This document shows positions 36,466 to 47,051 of a stretch of DNA of 64,000 bases, in pieces. The DNA comes from a virus. Taxonomy: Duplodnaviria > Caudoviricetes. The notes beneath the pieces are model-generated. The model was not told the origin of the DNA. It searched no databases and saw only the letters and a program-made list of their open reading frames with translations. The stretch is from the IMG/VR virus record IMGVR_UViG_2851924183_000002, positions 10,130 through 74,129 of that record; one strand, written 5' to 3'. Position 1 is the first letter of the stretch. Each line of letters starts with the position of its first letter. A program made the translations under genes and the position numbers.

Positions 36466-39042
36466 TTACTCCCGATCTGTCAACATACGACGGATCAGCG
36501 CACTGCGTTCCCGATCGCGCTGGGCTAAAGCTTGGCGTACTTCATTGGCAGCGTTGTGTAAAACACCTTTACCGCTGTTGTCGATGTGAATCTGAATATT
36601 GTCGCTATTATGAATCGTGATATTCCTATGGTTTTGAATAGGCGTTGCTCTCTGAAATTTGGGTGCATTTTGATTCCAAGCATCGTGGCCACTCATCGAT
36701 TTTGATGGTTGGGTATTTCCCTTTGAGGCGCTTGCACCTATCAAAGGTTGTTTGGTGCCTGAGCCCACTGTTGGCATAGCACTATCAAAGACGCCAAGCG
36801 TTTGCCGATACTGACTCTGTAGGGCAGGTGTGCGGTTATTCAGTCCTACACCTATACCATCGACAATATGACCGCCCATGCCTGCCATGACACGGCTCGG
36901 AGAGTGAATATCCATTTTCTTCCGCATAAAGTCGGGCATGAAATTGGTGACTTGTGACCAAATACTTTGCAGCCCAGGGAACATTGATTTAATTCCGTTG
37001 ATTAAACCTTTCACCAACATGCTACCAAAGCCAGTGAATTTAGCGGGAAGCTCTATGCCAAACCAAGAAAGGACTTTGGCAAATATAGAATAGAACAAAC
37101 CTAATGGTGACCAGTTTAGGATGAGTGCACTTACACCTAAAATCCCACCACTAAAAGCGGTTTTGATGGTTGACCAAACGTATTTAAAGAAACCTGAAAT
37201 TGGCTCCCAATTGCGGTAGATGAGATAGGCAGCACCTGCTACCGCAGCGACTACCCCTAAAATAACTAAACCGACAGGGGAGAAAATTGCACCTAAGGCA
37301 CCAAAACCAATCCCTAAAGCGCCGAATGTCATTTTTAAAATAGCTAACGGCCCTAGCAAGGTCACAATACCCAGCACAAGCGCTGATATACCACCCAGTA
37401 AAACAATGCCTGCGACTGCCACTTTGGTGAGGGTTGCAGCAAGTGCTGGATTTTCTTTTGCCCAGTTACGGACGTCATTGGTAAACGTACGTACTTTGAG
37501 GATTAAACTATTTAGTGGTGGCAGTAGGACGTTACCGATATCGATACCTAATGCAGCCACGCCATTTTTTAATAATTTGATATTGTTCGCCGACGTTGCT
37601 GCACGTGCTGCATACTCTTTTTCCATGGAGCCGGCATACTGGCTTTTATCTGCTACCAAGCCCAGATTCTTCTCAAGGGCGCTCATGTTGGTGAGCAGCG
37701 GTGCGATCGCACTCAATGACTCTTTACCAAATAAATCTGAAAGAACGGAAGCCTGTTTGTATTTGTCTAAGGCAGCAATCTGCTTTAACACCATGAGAGT
37801 CGTCCCGTTGGCATCTTTTTGCATGTCTTTTGCGACTTTGCCATAGTCCAAACCAAGCTCTTTATAGGCTGAGATTTGCCCCTTAGTTGCAGACTCGCCC
37901 GCAACCAAGGCCAACATAGTATTTTTAATACCAGTCGCAGCAATTTCCTCTTGAATACCCATACCTCGTAAGGTCGCACCTAACGCGGCAATACTAGAGG
38001 CAGCAAAGCCTCCGACTTCACCAAGGGGTCCAATCCTTTGTACAATTTCTAAAATGCCTTTGGCTGCTGCTGGGGTATTGTTGCCTAAGTAGTTAATTTG
38101 GTCGGCTAGGGTGGTTACTTGTGCCTGTGACATCCGAAAAGCTGTTCGTAGTTCAGCCATCGACTGACCAGATTCTTCAGCCGAAATATCGAAGGCTACA
38201 CCCATTTTTACAGCCGTTTCAGCAAAGGTGGTGAGCTCCTTACTTGCAATACCGGACTGCGCACCAGCGGCGACAATCGCAGCAATGTCCTTGGCTGCCA
38301 TAGGCAAACGAGTCGACATTTCAACAATTTCATTATTAATGGATTTGAACTCAGCTTCGGTACCGTTAAAGACCTTTTTGACATCGGCTAGAGAGGACTC
38401 ATAATCGATGGCCAGTTTTACGGGCACAGTCATGGCTGCCGTGCCAACACCTGCCACCATTAAGCCTTTTTTGGCGAAGTCTGAACCTTTTTGTAGGATG
38501 GCTTGGGTTTTGGCAAAACGCTCTTGCGCCTTACTGTTTTTATCCAAGGCATCACGACGTTTATTCAACTCCATGGTGGTGAGGTGGATTTTATTTTTAA
38601 GCGCACTTTCTTCGTCAGTGAGCTGTTCTACACCTCTGGATAGTTTGTCGACATTGAGTCCAGCTTTTTGCAAAGTTTGGATATGGTTTTGCAATTCGTT
38701 ACGTTGGGTGGTTTCAGTACTCTTGAGCCGGCGAATCCCTTGTTCGAGGTTTTTAATTTTGTTGAGTTGAGTCTCGGTTAAGGTGTTACCGTTTTTTTGT
38801 AAGCTTTGTAGTTGCTTTAATTCACTCCGATACTCTGCCGTTTTATTGGCTGTAGCCTCTAAGGCAGTTTGCGTTTCCTTATAGCGGTTGATATGGCCTT
38901 GTTGATCCTGAAGCGCTTTAAGCTCAGTACGCGTTTTTTTAAAGGCGGTACCGAGGTTCTGTGAGCCACCAATAATCGCCTTCATGGGGCCAGACATATT
39001 GTCCTTTGCGTCAAAAAAAACGCGTAAATTTAAGGTCGACAT
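36466..39042 (-). CDS. Tail tape measure protein (P2 gpT)
   Basis: Long helical Ala/Gly-rich protein, YESSLADVKKV, TM segment, IHSPSRV. Confidence 0.92.
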   Translation of the reverse strand: MSTLNLRVFFDAKDNMSGPMKAIIGGSQNLGTAFKKTRTELKALQDQQGHINRYKETQTALEATANKTAEYRSELKQLQSLQKNGNTLTETQLNKIKNLEQGIRRLKSTETTQRNELQNHIQTLQKAGLNVDKLSRGVEQLTDEESALKNKIHLTTMELNKRRDALDKNSKAQERFAKTQAILQKGSDFAKKGLMVAGVGTAAMTVPVKLAIDYESSLADVKKVFNGTEAEFKSINNEIVEMSTRLPMAAKDIAAIVAAGAQSGIASKELTTFAETAVKMGVAFDISAEESGQSMAELRTAFRMSQAQVTTLADQINYLGNNTPAAAKGILEIVQRIGPLGEVGGFAASSIAALGATLRGMGIQEEIAATGIKNTMLALVAGESATKGQISAYKELGLDYGKVAKDMQKDANGTTLMVLKQIAALDKYKQASVLSDLFGKESLSAIAPLLTNMSALEKNLGLVADKSQYAGSMEKEYAARAATSANNIKLLKNGVAALGIDIGNVLLPPLNSLILKVRTFTNDVRNWAKENPALAATLTKVAVAGIVLLGGISALVLGIVTLLGPLAILKMTFGALGIGFGALGAIFSPVGLVILGVVAAVAGAAYLIYRNWEPISGFFKYVWSTIKTAFSGGILGVSALILNWSPLGLFYSIFAKVLSWFGIELPAKFTGFGSMLVKGLINGIKSMFPGLQSIWSQVTNFMPDFMRKKMDIHSPSRVMAGMGGHIVDGIGVGLNNRTPALQSQYRQTLGVFDSAMPTVGSGTKQPLIGASASKGNTQPSKSMSGHDAWNQNAPKFQRATPIQNHRNITIHNSDNIQIHIDNSGKGVLHNAANEVRQALAQRDRERSALIRRMLTDRE

Positions 39043-39056
39043 TGGTGGGAATACCT

Positions 39057-39529
39057 TCACTCGTTGGTTTGATTACGCTCTAAAGCTTTTTGGTGCCACA
39101 TAAATAATTCGCTGAGGCTCATTTCTGCGAAGTCGCGTGGTGACCAGTGGAAGACCAAAGCTATGTTGGCCATGACATCGGGAATACTGTCTATAATTGG
39201 ATATCGGTCGCTGCACGTTGCGACTTCGGCATCAAAAAATAGATGATGTGACCTGCAATTTGACCAAGATCAACTGGGTCTAAAAGGGGCATTGCTTCAC
39301 GTGGGATTTGTGGCCATACACATTTGGGAATGATTTGGCAGAGTGCATTTACATCGGAACGGTAAATGTCCTGGAGGGAGAGTCCAGAAAGTGCGACCGT
39401 ACCTGGCTTACGAATCATAATTTCCGAAATGGTTTGTCCACCAACTTGAATTGGTGTTTCAAGGGTGTATTGGGCTTCGTTTGGGTTTTTGATTACTTCG
39501 AGGTTTTCTGCTTGTTGTTGCATATTCAT
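39057..39529 (-). CDS. Tail chaperones gpE (39191..39529) and gpE+E' via -1 frameshift
   Basis: TTTTTTG slippery site at 39233-39239; -1 frame is open to ...VMANIALVFHWSPRDFAEMSLSELFMWHQKA, stop at 39057. Confidence 0.88.
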
Positions 39530-39591
39530 CGCGTTTGAATTCCTAAGTTTAAAAAAGACCTACTGCATAAAATTGTGCAGTAGGTCGGGCA

Positions 39592-40107
39592 TTACAGACC
39601 GCAGGCTTTACGCTGTGCTTCTAAACGATCGACACCGTTGACGATTTCTTTCATGGCCAAAGTATCGATTTCAATTTCTTTATTGCCGTTGACCGTAAGC
39701 TTGTAATAGGTCCATTTGGTTTTAATGGTTTGTTCAGTGTCATCACCAGGCTTTTGGGTACCCATACTGATTTCTTCATGACGACCACGAATCACAACTT
39801 CGACAGGAGTGACTGCACCTGTGTCGTCTTGTTGATATGCACCAGCGAAGCGTAGTAAGACGCCAGAGGCAGAGGTAATGCCGAACTGACGTAGTGATGT
39901 CAGATTGAGACCTCCGATTTTCCATTCAAAATCGATAGAGTCTTCAGACATACCTTGGTCGATGGCAACAGGGCCATTCATACCACCACCTCGCCAGTTC
40001 TCGAAGTTACGTCCTAAGGTTGGAAGCGTACATTCCGCAACTTCACCGACCAATGATTCAGCATCATTGAATAGGTTCATGTTTTTAAGTTTGTTTGGTA
40101 ATCCCAT
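39592..40107 (-). CDS. Major tail tube (P2 FII)
   Basis: LPNKLKNMNLFND, RGGGMNGPV. Confidence 0.95.
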   Translation of the reverse strand: MGLPNKLKNMNLFNDAESLVGEVAECTLPTLGRNFENWRGGGMNGPVAIDQGMSEDSIDFEWKIGGLNLTSLRQFGITSASGVLLRFAGAYQQDDTGAVTPVEVVIRGRHEEISMGTQKPGDDTEQTIKTKWTYYKLTVNGNKEIEIDTLAMKEIVNGVDRLEAQRKACGL

Positions 40108-40145
40108 GTGTGTTTACTCAAATAGGGGGAGGACAAATCACAGCT

Positions 40146-41321
40146 TTATGCTGTGATTCGTGCGCCAAAATCTGCGAGGTAGTCGTCTGTGATCATTTGG
40201 TAGAAGCCAAGATCTTCAAGTGGTGGAACTGGACCGTAGTCATAAGAGAGGCGGAATTTTCCTGCTTTTAAATTTTCTACAGGGTTCTTTGTCTCGTCAT
40301 ACCAAGCTTCACCACCCATGAGGTAGCCGTTATTGGTTAGGTCACTGAGTTTGGCGCGAATGCCCTCAATGAGGTCGCTGGCCAGTGATGGATGAAGTGG
40401 TTTATCGACTGCCCACATATGCGCTTCAGCAACCGTGTCAGCAATGATTTGAGCCGTGCGTGTGTAGTTCTCGAAAGGAAATAGTCCTTCCGCGTCGCAG
40501 GTACGAGAGCCCCAAAAGCGAAAGCCATCTTCACGAATGAGCGTAGTAATGCCATTTGAGTTGAGATAGTCGGCATCTGTGCCAGTTTGCTGTAGATCCC
40601 ACCAGACATCTTTACTAATACCAACAACACCACTGACCGCGACATTGGAAATAACTTTGTGCCAACCTGTTAAATTGTCAATTTTGGCACGTAGCCCCAG
40701 TGCATAAGCTACAGGGGAGATAGCTTCATTTTGCGAAGTCTCGGTATTGAAATGAATGAACTGAGGCCAGATCAGCATGAGTTCTCGTGCAGCAAACGAT
40801 TCACGATAAGCCACAACTTCTTCTTTGGTTCCGCAGCCATAAGCATAGGCATAAGCGAAAGCACGTAGCTTTTGTGCAGTGCTCGCCAGTGCTGTCGTTA
40901 CTGCTTGGGTATCAAGTCCTGGTGCACCAATTAAACGAGGAGTCACACCCAGTTTTGCTTTTGCCGTGAGTAGGGCTTTTAAGCCTGTGTATTGACCTGA
41001 AGCTGTTGTAGTTCCAATGACAAGTGAACTTTGTTCTGCTTCTGTCTCAGCGCTATCCACACGGACAACTACAACCGTTGTATTGGTTTGGTCGACGATC
41101 GCTTGTAGCGACGACTTTAAGGTACCTAACTTTCCTGCTTTACCAATCACGCTTTGGATATTGGTGATGAGGATAGGTGTATTGAGTGGAAAGGAGGTAG
41201 CATCCGCATCTGAAGCGGTTGCAATCAAACCGATAATACTGGTGGCCACTGTACGGATCGAACGCGTACCGTTATTGACCTCTGCAACACGGACACCGTG
41301 GTGATATTCATCTAATGCCAT
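40146..41321 (-). CDS. Tail sheath (P2 FI)
   Basis: YHHGVRV, GWHKVISNV, GFRFWGSRT, PVPPLEDL. Confidence 0.95.
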   Translation of the reverse strand: MALDEYHHGVRVAEVNNGTRSIRTVATSIIGLIATASDADATSFPLNTPILITNIQSVIGKAGKLGTLKSSLQAIVDQTNTTVVVVRVDSAETEAEQSSLVIGTTTASGQYTGLKALLTAKAKLGVTPRLIGAPGLDTQAVTTALASTAQKLRAFAYAYAYGCGTKEEVVAYRESFAARELMLIWPQFIHFNTETSQNEAISPVAYALGLRAKIDNLTGWHKVISNVAVSGVVGISKDVWWDLQQTGTDADYLNSNGITTLIREDGFRFWGSRTCDAEGLFPFENYTRTAQIIADTVAEAHMWAVDKPLHPSLASDLIEGIRAKLSDLTNNGYLMGGEAWYDETKNPVENLKAGKFRLSYDYGPVPPLEDLGFYQMITDDYLADFGARITA

Positions 41322-41394
41322 AGGGCAACCTTTTGTTGATGTTCTAGTTCATCAAAAGGCTTACATACAAAACCCCACGTTTTAAGCGCGAGGT

Positions 41395-41417
41395 TTTGTA
41401 AGAGGGTATGCTACAAA
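41395..41417. promoter_or_regulatory. Ogr box (F operon)
   Basis: TTTGTAagagggtatgcTACAAA. Confidence 0.8.
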
Positions 41418-41698
41418 TTGGAGTTTATTAAAGACAGAACATCAGGATTGTTTTTCAAAAATTCAGCCAGTTTTTCTTCTGGTGTTTCCACTTGCTGAAC
41501 TTCAGGCTTTTGGATCAGTTCCCATTTGAAACCATTCCAACGTGGCCATTGTTCTTCAGACCATTCAGAAGGTGGTGCTATCTCGACACAACCTGCAGGG
41601 ATAGCAAATACACCAGGTTCAAGTGGTGACTCATTGGCTATTGTCTCTCCAACAAATAAACCTGAATAATTGGTTTGATACACGGTAATCTGATTCAT
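41411..41698 (-). CDS. Tail fibre assembly chaperone
   Basis: VYQTNYSGLFVGET.A.ESPLEPGVFAIPAGCVEIAPP. Confidence 0.8.
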   Translation of the reverse strand: MNQITVYQTNYSGLFVGETIANESPLEPGVFAIPAGCVEIAPPSEWSEEQWPRWNGFKWELIQKPEVQQVETPEEKLAEFLKNNPDVLSLINSNL

Positions 41699-41708
41699 GT
41701 TTCATTCC

Positions 41709-43085
41709 TTAATAGCGGATACAGGCAAGCCATGCGATGTTACGTGGTCTGTTTTCATTTGCAGTGGGTACAACACGCGATGCATCAAATGTTGCTGTGA
41801 GTAAGCCCCAATTTTCACCTGTTGAAATTCTTCCAGCCGCTTTTTCACTTAGAGAAAAAGCGCCAGTATATGAAGATGCGGGCACTCTTGCACCTGACCC
41901 ACCAGGTGTGTCACCTGTAATGTTTCGAATTGCATCACCTTGTTTGCTGCCGATTAAACGACCAACATCAATACCACGTCCATCATCTGCATAACGTGGA
42001 AACTCTGCACGTGCATCAGGCACGTTAAAAGTATTTACGCCATCGCCAGCACCATAATAAATACCGATTGCAGCAAATAGATCTGCATAAGCAGTCCGAG
42101 AATAAGCTGCACCATTACATTTTAATAATCGGTAACCAGTCGGGATATTTTGTGAAGCCAAAGTGATAACAGTACCAGGTGGACAGTCATTGTATCTCGC
42201 CTCATCCGAACTCATGACACCTAAGTTCTGGCGTGCTAAAGGTTTATTTAAGATGTCGGAAAGGTTATTTTTTTGAGCCAAAGGATAAGGTGCAGCTCCT
42301 AAAGGTTCATTTTGAACAATCAGGATTTTGGCCCCAGCATAAGCCTTACCCAAAGTAATTTGCGTATTTGAGGTTGCAAGCCAACCATTGGCACCAACTT
42401 TGTTGGTAATACGTTCGCCATTAATGTACACCGCTGCACCACGGGTAGTCGTGCTAGTGAGATCTACAATAGTTTGGTTAGCAACTAGCGATTGCTCTTC
42501 TTCAACTGTATTAACAAAGACGTCCGCATTAGAAGCATCATCCCACTCTATGTCTCCTTCAATGTTCGATTTTTTCTTCAGAACTTGACCAATCGTTCCA
42601 CCCGGGAAAAAATATGCTGTTGTCAAAGTATTCATGATCCAACTGTGTGTCGCAGTAACCACGTTGGGATCAATTTTTAACTCAATACTGTCACTGTTAC
42701 TCACAACAAATGGAATGCGATATGCAGAGTCACTGAATGCACCATCACTTAAAGATGGTTTATGTACTTCAGGTGTATTACCAATCATGAGCATATTGCC
42801 ATTTCTGTCAAATACAGCAATTTCACGAACGACAAAACTCGTTGTTTCAACGGGAATAATTAACTCTGCAGTGAATAAATTTTCATTTTCTGGATCTTGG
42901 TATATTCGGTTGACTGGTGCACGAAACCGTTCACGTTTTAATTGTTTCATCGTCGGATTGGGTATGATTTCATTACCGTTTCCATCACCAACAGCCATAT
43001 GGGTGATTTCAATTTTTGAACCCGTAGCCTCGGCACTTGCTAATAGCTGCAGACCTATTGTTGTATGAATAGTTTTATATAACAT
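41709..43085 (-). CDS. Tail fibre (P2 gpH-type N-terminus, collar domain)
   Basis: THMAVGDGNG; CNGAAYSRTAYADLFAAIG...TFNVPD; ENRPRNIA. Confidence 0.92.
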   Translation of the reverse strand: MLYKTIHTTIGLQLLASAEATGSKIEITHMAVGDGNGNEIIPNPTMKQLKRERFRAPVNRIYQDPENENLFTAELIIPVETTSFVVREIAVFDRNGNMLMIGNTPEVHKPSLSDGAFSDSAYRIPFVVSNSDSIELKIDPNVVTATHSWIMNTLTTAYFFPGGTIGQVLKKKSNIEGDIEWDDASNADVFVNTVEEEQSLVANQTIVDLTSTTTRGAAVYINGERITNKVGANGWLATSNTQITLGKAYAGAKILIVQNEPLGAAPYPLAQKNNLSDILNKPLARQNLGVMSSDEARYNDCPPGTVITLASQNIPTGYRLLKCNGAAYSRTAYADLFAAIGIYYGAGDGVNTFNVPDARAEFPRYADDGRGIDVGRLIGSKQGDAIRNITGDTPGGSGARVPASSYTGAFSLSEKAAGRISTGENWGLLTATFDASRVVPTANENRPRNIAWLACIRY

Positions 43086-43125
43086 TCTAAAAATTCTCCA
43101 ATCTTATAATTCCACAATGTTCAGG

Positions 43126-45204
43126 TCATGCAGGATAATTTGGTGTTTCGGGTTTCGGAGGGCGAGTTGGATTGACTGGTAATCCAGGAATAGGAGTACC
43201 TGTAATTTCACTTTGTCTTGTTTGACTCATATAAGCTTTATCTGCAAGCCAAAACCGTTTAAGCGTGTCTTCTGGCAGTACAACTAAGCCATCTCGCATG
43301 ATTTGGTTATATGCCCAGATATATTGCTTTGCGACGTTGTACTCTTTACCAAGATAGGCACTACCCATAATGGCTTGCCAAACCTTAGGGCCATCATTGA
43401 TTAAGTCATATTCAGGGTTTACTAGCTTTCCTAAGAAATTATCAGGAACAAATCCTGCTAAGTAATGTACTAAGTCCGCTGGATATCCCAATTCATCAAT
43501 TGCTGAGGTAAATCCCCGAAGCGCTTTATTAAACTCTCCGACGATCAACCAATCGTATGTTTCAGTTTGAATGAAATCCAAATTCGGATAACGATAATGT
43601 TCAATTGGATAATTCATGATTGAAGCAATGCCACTACCTTCACCTAAGATGCTTGGTAAAAAGAAAAGTGTGGAGACCTGAGCCTTAGGATAATAATCCC
43701 TGACTACTGCGCGTATGCGACGCACGGAGTTGCCCAGCTCCTCTTGCAAGAAAAGCAAATATTCTTGTTCTGTCGCCCCTGAAACATCACTCATCCGATC
43801 GGCAATTTCTGGTGCATACAAACCTGTTTCGTTATTAAATTTAACCTTTGTTGGATAGTCATAAATACACGGTTTATCATTGGGATTAATCCACCACCAC
43901 GGCTCACCTACTTGCATGTAAGGAGTATGACCTTCATTATTTAAAATGCCTGCAAACTCGATAAAGACTTGTTGTAGCCAATTCATTGCTTCAGGAATAC
44001 AGGGACTCAGCAAATAACTAGGGGGTTCATAACCTGTATATGCATAATTGTTATCCCAATCCCGCTGCGTCCAACTAAGCTCTGCTGCTTCACTATAAAT
44101 CTCGTATGAAATAGAAAAAATCATTTTCATGAAATGTTTATGTGCTGCACGGGCAAAATGGGTATGCCAAATTGTTGCTTCTCGGTTCAAGTAAGAGTCG
44201 AATTGGTCGTCACCCGGACCGCGTCTGACGATAAACCGCTGTTGTTCTATATCCCAACGGGAATCATAAAAATGAGACATTCCACAATAGTGATTAATAA
44301 AACCTCGATAACCTAAGTCATAGCAGTTTTTTATCAAGCGAGCTGGGTTCACATTGTAGCTATCGTCATAGCCAGTACACATGCCTAAAGTATGTTGTGG
44401 AATACTTAAAGATTTACGCTTATACGTGCTATTGCTTCCAGTACATCGAATCTTGCTAACATGCAATTCACCTTGTTGTGGTCGCTCCAAAGGATCACTT
44501 AACTCAGCATTAAATCCATGGGTTAAACATCCAATAAAGATACGGTGAATGTCTTCTTTCGGAAATGGAATGTTCTGCTCATAACCACTGACTACAGTGT
44601 TCCAATCAATCGTGATATCGGCATGGGTTGCTGTTAAAGTTACTGGATCAGCAAGATTTGCTAATCGTAAATAGTAAGGTGATTGGCCTGTTTCGCTATC
44701 GTCATTAACAATAATCGTCATGACTAACCCGAGATGTTCATTATCAATTGCAGGCACATCACCTGAAGTATCGATAGAAAAAGATAAAGTACAGTTTCTA
44801 AAATCACCTTTTGTTTCATAGGCCAAATATGGGTGCATCGCTTGATCTTCACTAAAGAAAATAGCTGCAGCGAAATCGTTTTGACGTCGTGAAGTAAAAT
44901 AGACATCAAAAGCATCTTCAGCCTCACCCACAAGGCAGAAGGACATACTTCGTGGCCCATCAATTGTCCAGCAGTCGGCGGAAAAACGAGGGATGGTACT
45001 TTCAATGATATGAAAAGCTTCTTGAGTGGAATCTTGGCCTAAATAGTTGCTTATCTCTGTTATTTGATCTTTCAAAAAAAGAGTTCGATTTCCTAGTGCT
45101 TTTGCTTGTTCATTCATGTTGCCATTAATGCCGCCCAAAGCTAATTCATTTTTTTCAAGTAAACGAATTGGGGACCACTCTGATTTACTGATTATTTCAC
45201 TCAC
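43126..45204 (-). CDS. Second tail appendage: fibre-type anchor fused to a TIM-barrel domain
   Basis: GGINGNMNEQAKALGNRTLFLK anchor; TGYDDSYN, LGYRGFINHYCGMSH, QVGEPWWW, DFIQTETYDW. Confidence 0.75.
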   Translation of the reverse strand: MSEIISKSEWSPIRLLEKNELALGGINGNMNEQAKALGNRTLFLKDQITEISNYLGQDSTQEAFHIIESTIPRFSADCWTIDGPRSMSFCLVGEAEDAFDVYFTSRRQNDFAAAIFFSEDQAMHPYLAYETKGDFRNCTLSFSIDTSGDVPAIDNEHLGLVMTIIVNDDSETGQSPYYLRLANLADPVTLTATHADITIDWNTVVSGYEQNIPFPKEDIHRIFIGCLTHGFNAELSDPLERPQQGELHVSKIRCTGSNSTYKRKSLSIPQHTLGMCTGYDDSYNVNPARLIKNCYDLGYRGFINHYCGMSHFYDSRWDIEQQRFIVRRGPGDDQFDSYLNREATIWHTHFARAAHKHFMKMIFSISYEIYSEAAELSWTQRDWDNNYAYTGYEPPSYLLSPCIPEAMNWLQQVFIEFAGILNNEGHTPYMQVGEPWWWINPNDKPCIYDYPTKVKFNNETGLYAPEIADRMSDVSGATEQEYLLFLQEELGNSVRRIRAVVRDYYPKAQVSTLFFLPSILGEGSGIASIMNYPIEHYRYPNLDFIQTETYDWLIVGEFNKALRGFTSAIDELGYPADLVHYLAGFVPDNFLGKLVNPEYDLINDGPKVWQAIMGSAYLGKEYNVAKQYIWAYNQIMRDGLVVLPEDTLKRFWLADKAYMSQTRQSEITGTPIPGLPVNPTRPPKPETPNYPA

Positions 45205-45802
45205 TTAAATTGACTCCATTTAATCTATAACTGCCGTCGAGTAACCAAGTACCATCTAAATACAATCCACCTGCGGCCTGAGCGAACTCAATTTCTTGGC
45301 CAGTAATAACGGCCGCTGCTGTGTAAATACTCGAAGTACTTTCAAGAACGAGTGATATTCCAGTAAGGTGAGAACGTAAATTTTTATAAGTACGGACAAC
45401 TTTCGTTAACTCTTTAAAATCAAACTTACTGATATTATTTTGACTAGTCTTAATAAAAATATTGAATGTATAAGGCTTACCTTGTGGCACCATGTTGAAC
45501 CATTCTTGTACGACAATTGGAAACCCCAATGAATTAAGCGCGCCATCTAACGATCCAATCGTACCTTTAATACTATGGTTCTTCAGGGAGGTTTGTATGA
45601 CTTGCCGCTTTTGAATTTCGGTCCAATCTTTATTCCATACATCAACTGAACGTTCCCATGCTAACCATGGCAAAACTTCAACTGGTGCATTCAGTGGATC
45701 ATTAAAGCTGCGTATATTTACTTCAATATTTGAAACACGTGAAAATGCACTTTCAAAATTCATTTCAAATTTAGTGGAGTTTGGGGGCAGTAATTTACTC
45801 AT
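45197..45802 (-). CDS. Tail protein I (P2 gpI) with LDG-repeat tail
   Basis: LLPPNST, LPWLAWERSVDVW, KGTIG; terminal LYLDGTWLLDGSYRLNG. Confidence 0.92.
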   Translation of the reverse strand: MSKLLPPNSTKFEMNFESAFSRVSNIEVNIRSFNDPLNAPVEVLPWLAWERSVDVWNKDWTEIQKRQVIQTSLKNHSIKGTIGSLDGALNSLGFPIVVQEWFNMVPQGKPYTFNIFIKTSQNNISKFDFKELTKVVRTYKNLRSHLTGISLVLESTSSIYTAAAVITGQEIEFAQAAGGLYLDGTWLLDGSYRLNGVNLSE

Positions 45803-46710
45803 GTGTCCACCTTTGAAATATTAATGCTGGTGCAATACGCAACTTGGCCGATTGAAGTATCGATATTGCTTGCAGGTGAAATCAAATTGACACGGCTGAC
45901 ACCTGCTTGGTGGAGTGCTTGGTAAATCCCAGACAATGAAACGCCATCATTAAATGAATGGACTTTTTGGATATATTCTTCTGTGGCTTTATAGCAACTG
46001 TTCAAAACGATAGTTTCATCTGGACCTTCATCAATATAAATTTCTGCTTCAATGATGTAATTGATAATAGATGCCGAATAAATAATAGGACGATCTGTCA
46101 AAGGGCGAACTGATTTAGCATTCAAAGCTGTATTCACAACATTTAAAAGGTCTTCTGATGCAGTACCATTGCCTTCAGTAGAAAGCACATAGATATTACA
46201 AATACCCATTGGGTTTTGGTTTTCATCTAATGGCGCATAAGGATAAATGTCTTTAACCCGTACATCGGCGTTGAGGCCATGGAAAATGTATGAACCTTCA
46301 CTACCAGCAGTAGTTTGGCCTTCAGGTGCAAGTTGCACACGCTTACGGAGTGATGCATCAGTTTCGTATATAGCTTTTGTTGTTGAGGTTTCAGCAGTAA
46401 TTAATTGGCGTTTTAGATTTTTTTCAGCAGCTTTATGTTCAAGGTCTATTCCTGAAGAATATGCAAGTAATACGGCTTTAGCCGAATCATTGACATGCTG
46501 ACGTACAATCATTTCTCGAAATGCAAAGACTTCTGCTAGTTTGTAAGCAGGATCAGATTCACGAAGTCGTGTATAAGAAATACCAAGGGCATCCATACGA
46601 CGATAATATTCTTGTAGTCCAGCATCTAAAATTGTTTCGTAGTTTATTTGCTCTACAACTGTTGGTTCAGGTAGTTGAGATAGATCAATTGCATTAGTCG
46701 ATTGAGTCAT
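45799..46710 (-). CDS. Baseplate assembly protein (P2 gpJ)
   Basis: IDLSQLPEP, TAGSEGSYIFH, VRPLTD. Confidence 0.93.
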   Translation of the reverse strand: MTQSTNAIDLSQLPEPTVVEQINYETILDAGLQEYYRRMDALGISYTRLRESDPAYKLAEVFAFREMIVRQHVNDSAKAVLLAYSSGIDLEHKAAEKNLKRQLITAETSTTKAIYETDASLRKRVQLAPEGQTTAGSEGSYIFHGLNADVRVKDIYPYAPLDENQNPMGICNIYVLSTEGNGTASEDLLNVVNTALNAKSVRPLTDRPIIYSASIINYIIEAEIYIDEGPDETIVLNSCYKATEEYIQKVHSFNDGVSLSGIYQALHQAGVSRVNLISPASNIDTSIGQVAYCTSINISKVDT

Positions 46711-47051
46711 GTTGAAGCGCCCATTGTTAATGGAATTGATAATTTATTGATGTCTGAAGAACCAACAATTTGCATTTCTAGATCCAATTGGAAACGGCTA
46801 TTTTCTGCCTTAGAAAAATGAGCATTGATCAGTTTGATTCGGTCTTCCCAAGTCAAAATGGCTGTAGCACTTGCGGCCATCACTTGAAGGCGGACAGCAT
46901 CATTAAAGGGTTGATCGAGCAATTTAAAAATCATAGAACCGTATTCACGACGCATCACTCGGCTGCCAATGGGCGTAAATAAAATGTCTTGAATGGATTG
47001 TTTAATGTGAGGAATGACCTCGAGGCTTTGACCAGTTTCACGTGACATCAT
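46707..47051 (-). CDS. Baseplate wedge (P2 gpW/gp25)
   Basis: HIKQSIQDILFTPIGSRVMRREYGS. Confidence 0.95.
   Translation of the reverse strand: MMSRETGQSLEVIPHIKQSIQDILFTPIGSRVMRREYGSMIFKLLDQPFNDAVRLQVMAASATAILTWEDRIKLINAHFSKAENSRFQLDLEMQIVGSSDINKLSIPLTMGAST

Noticed and set aside
41411-45204. Tail fibre inversion system or diversity-generating retroelement
   Set aside because: No invertase, reverse transcriptase, inverted fibre segment or template repeat seen
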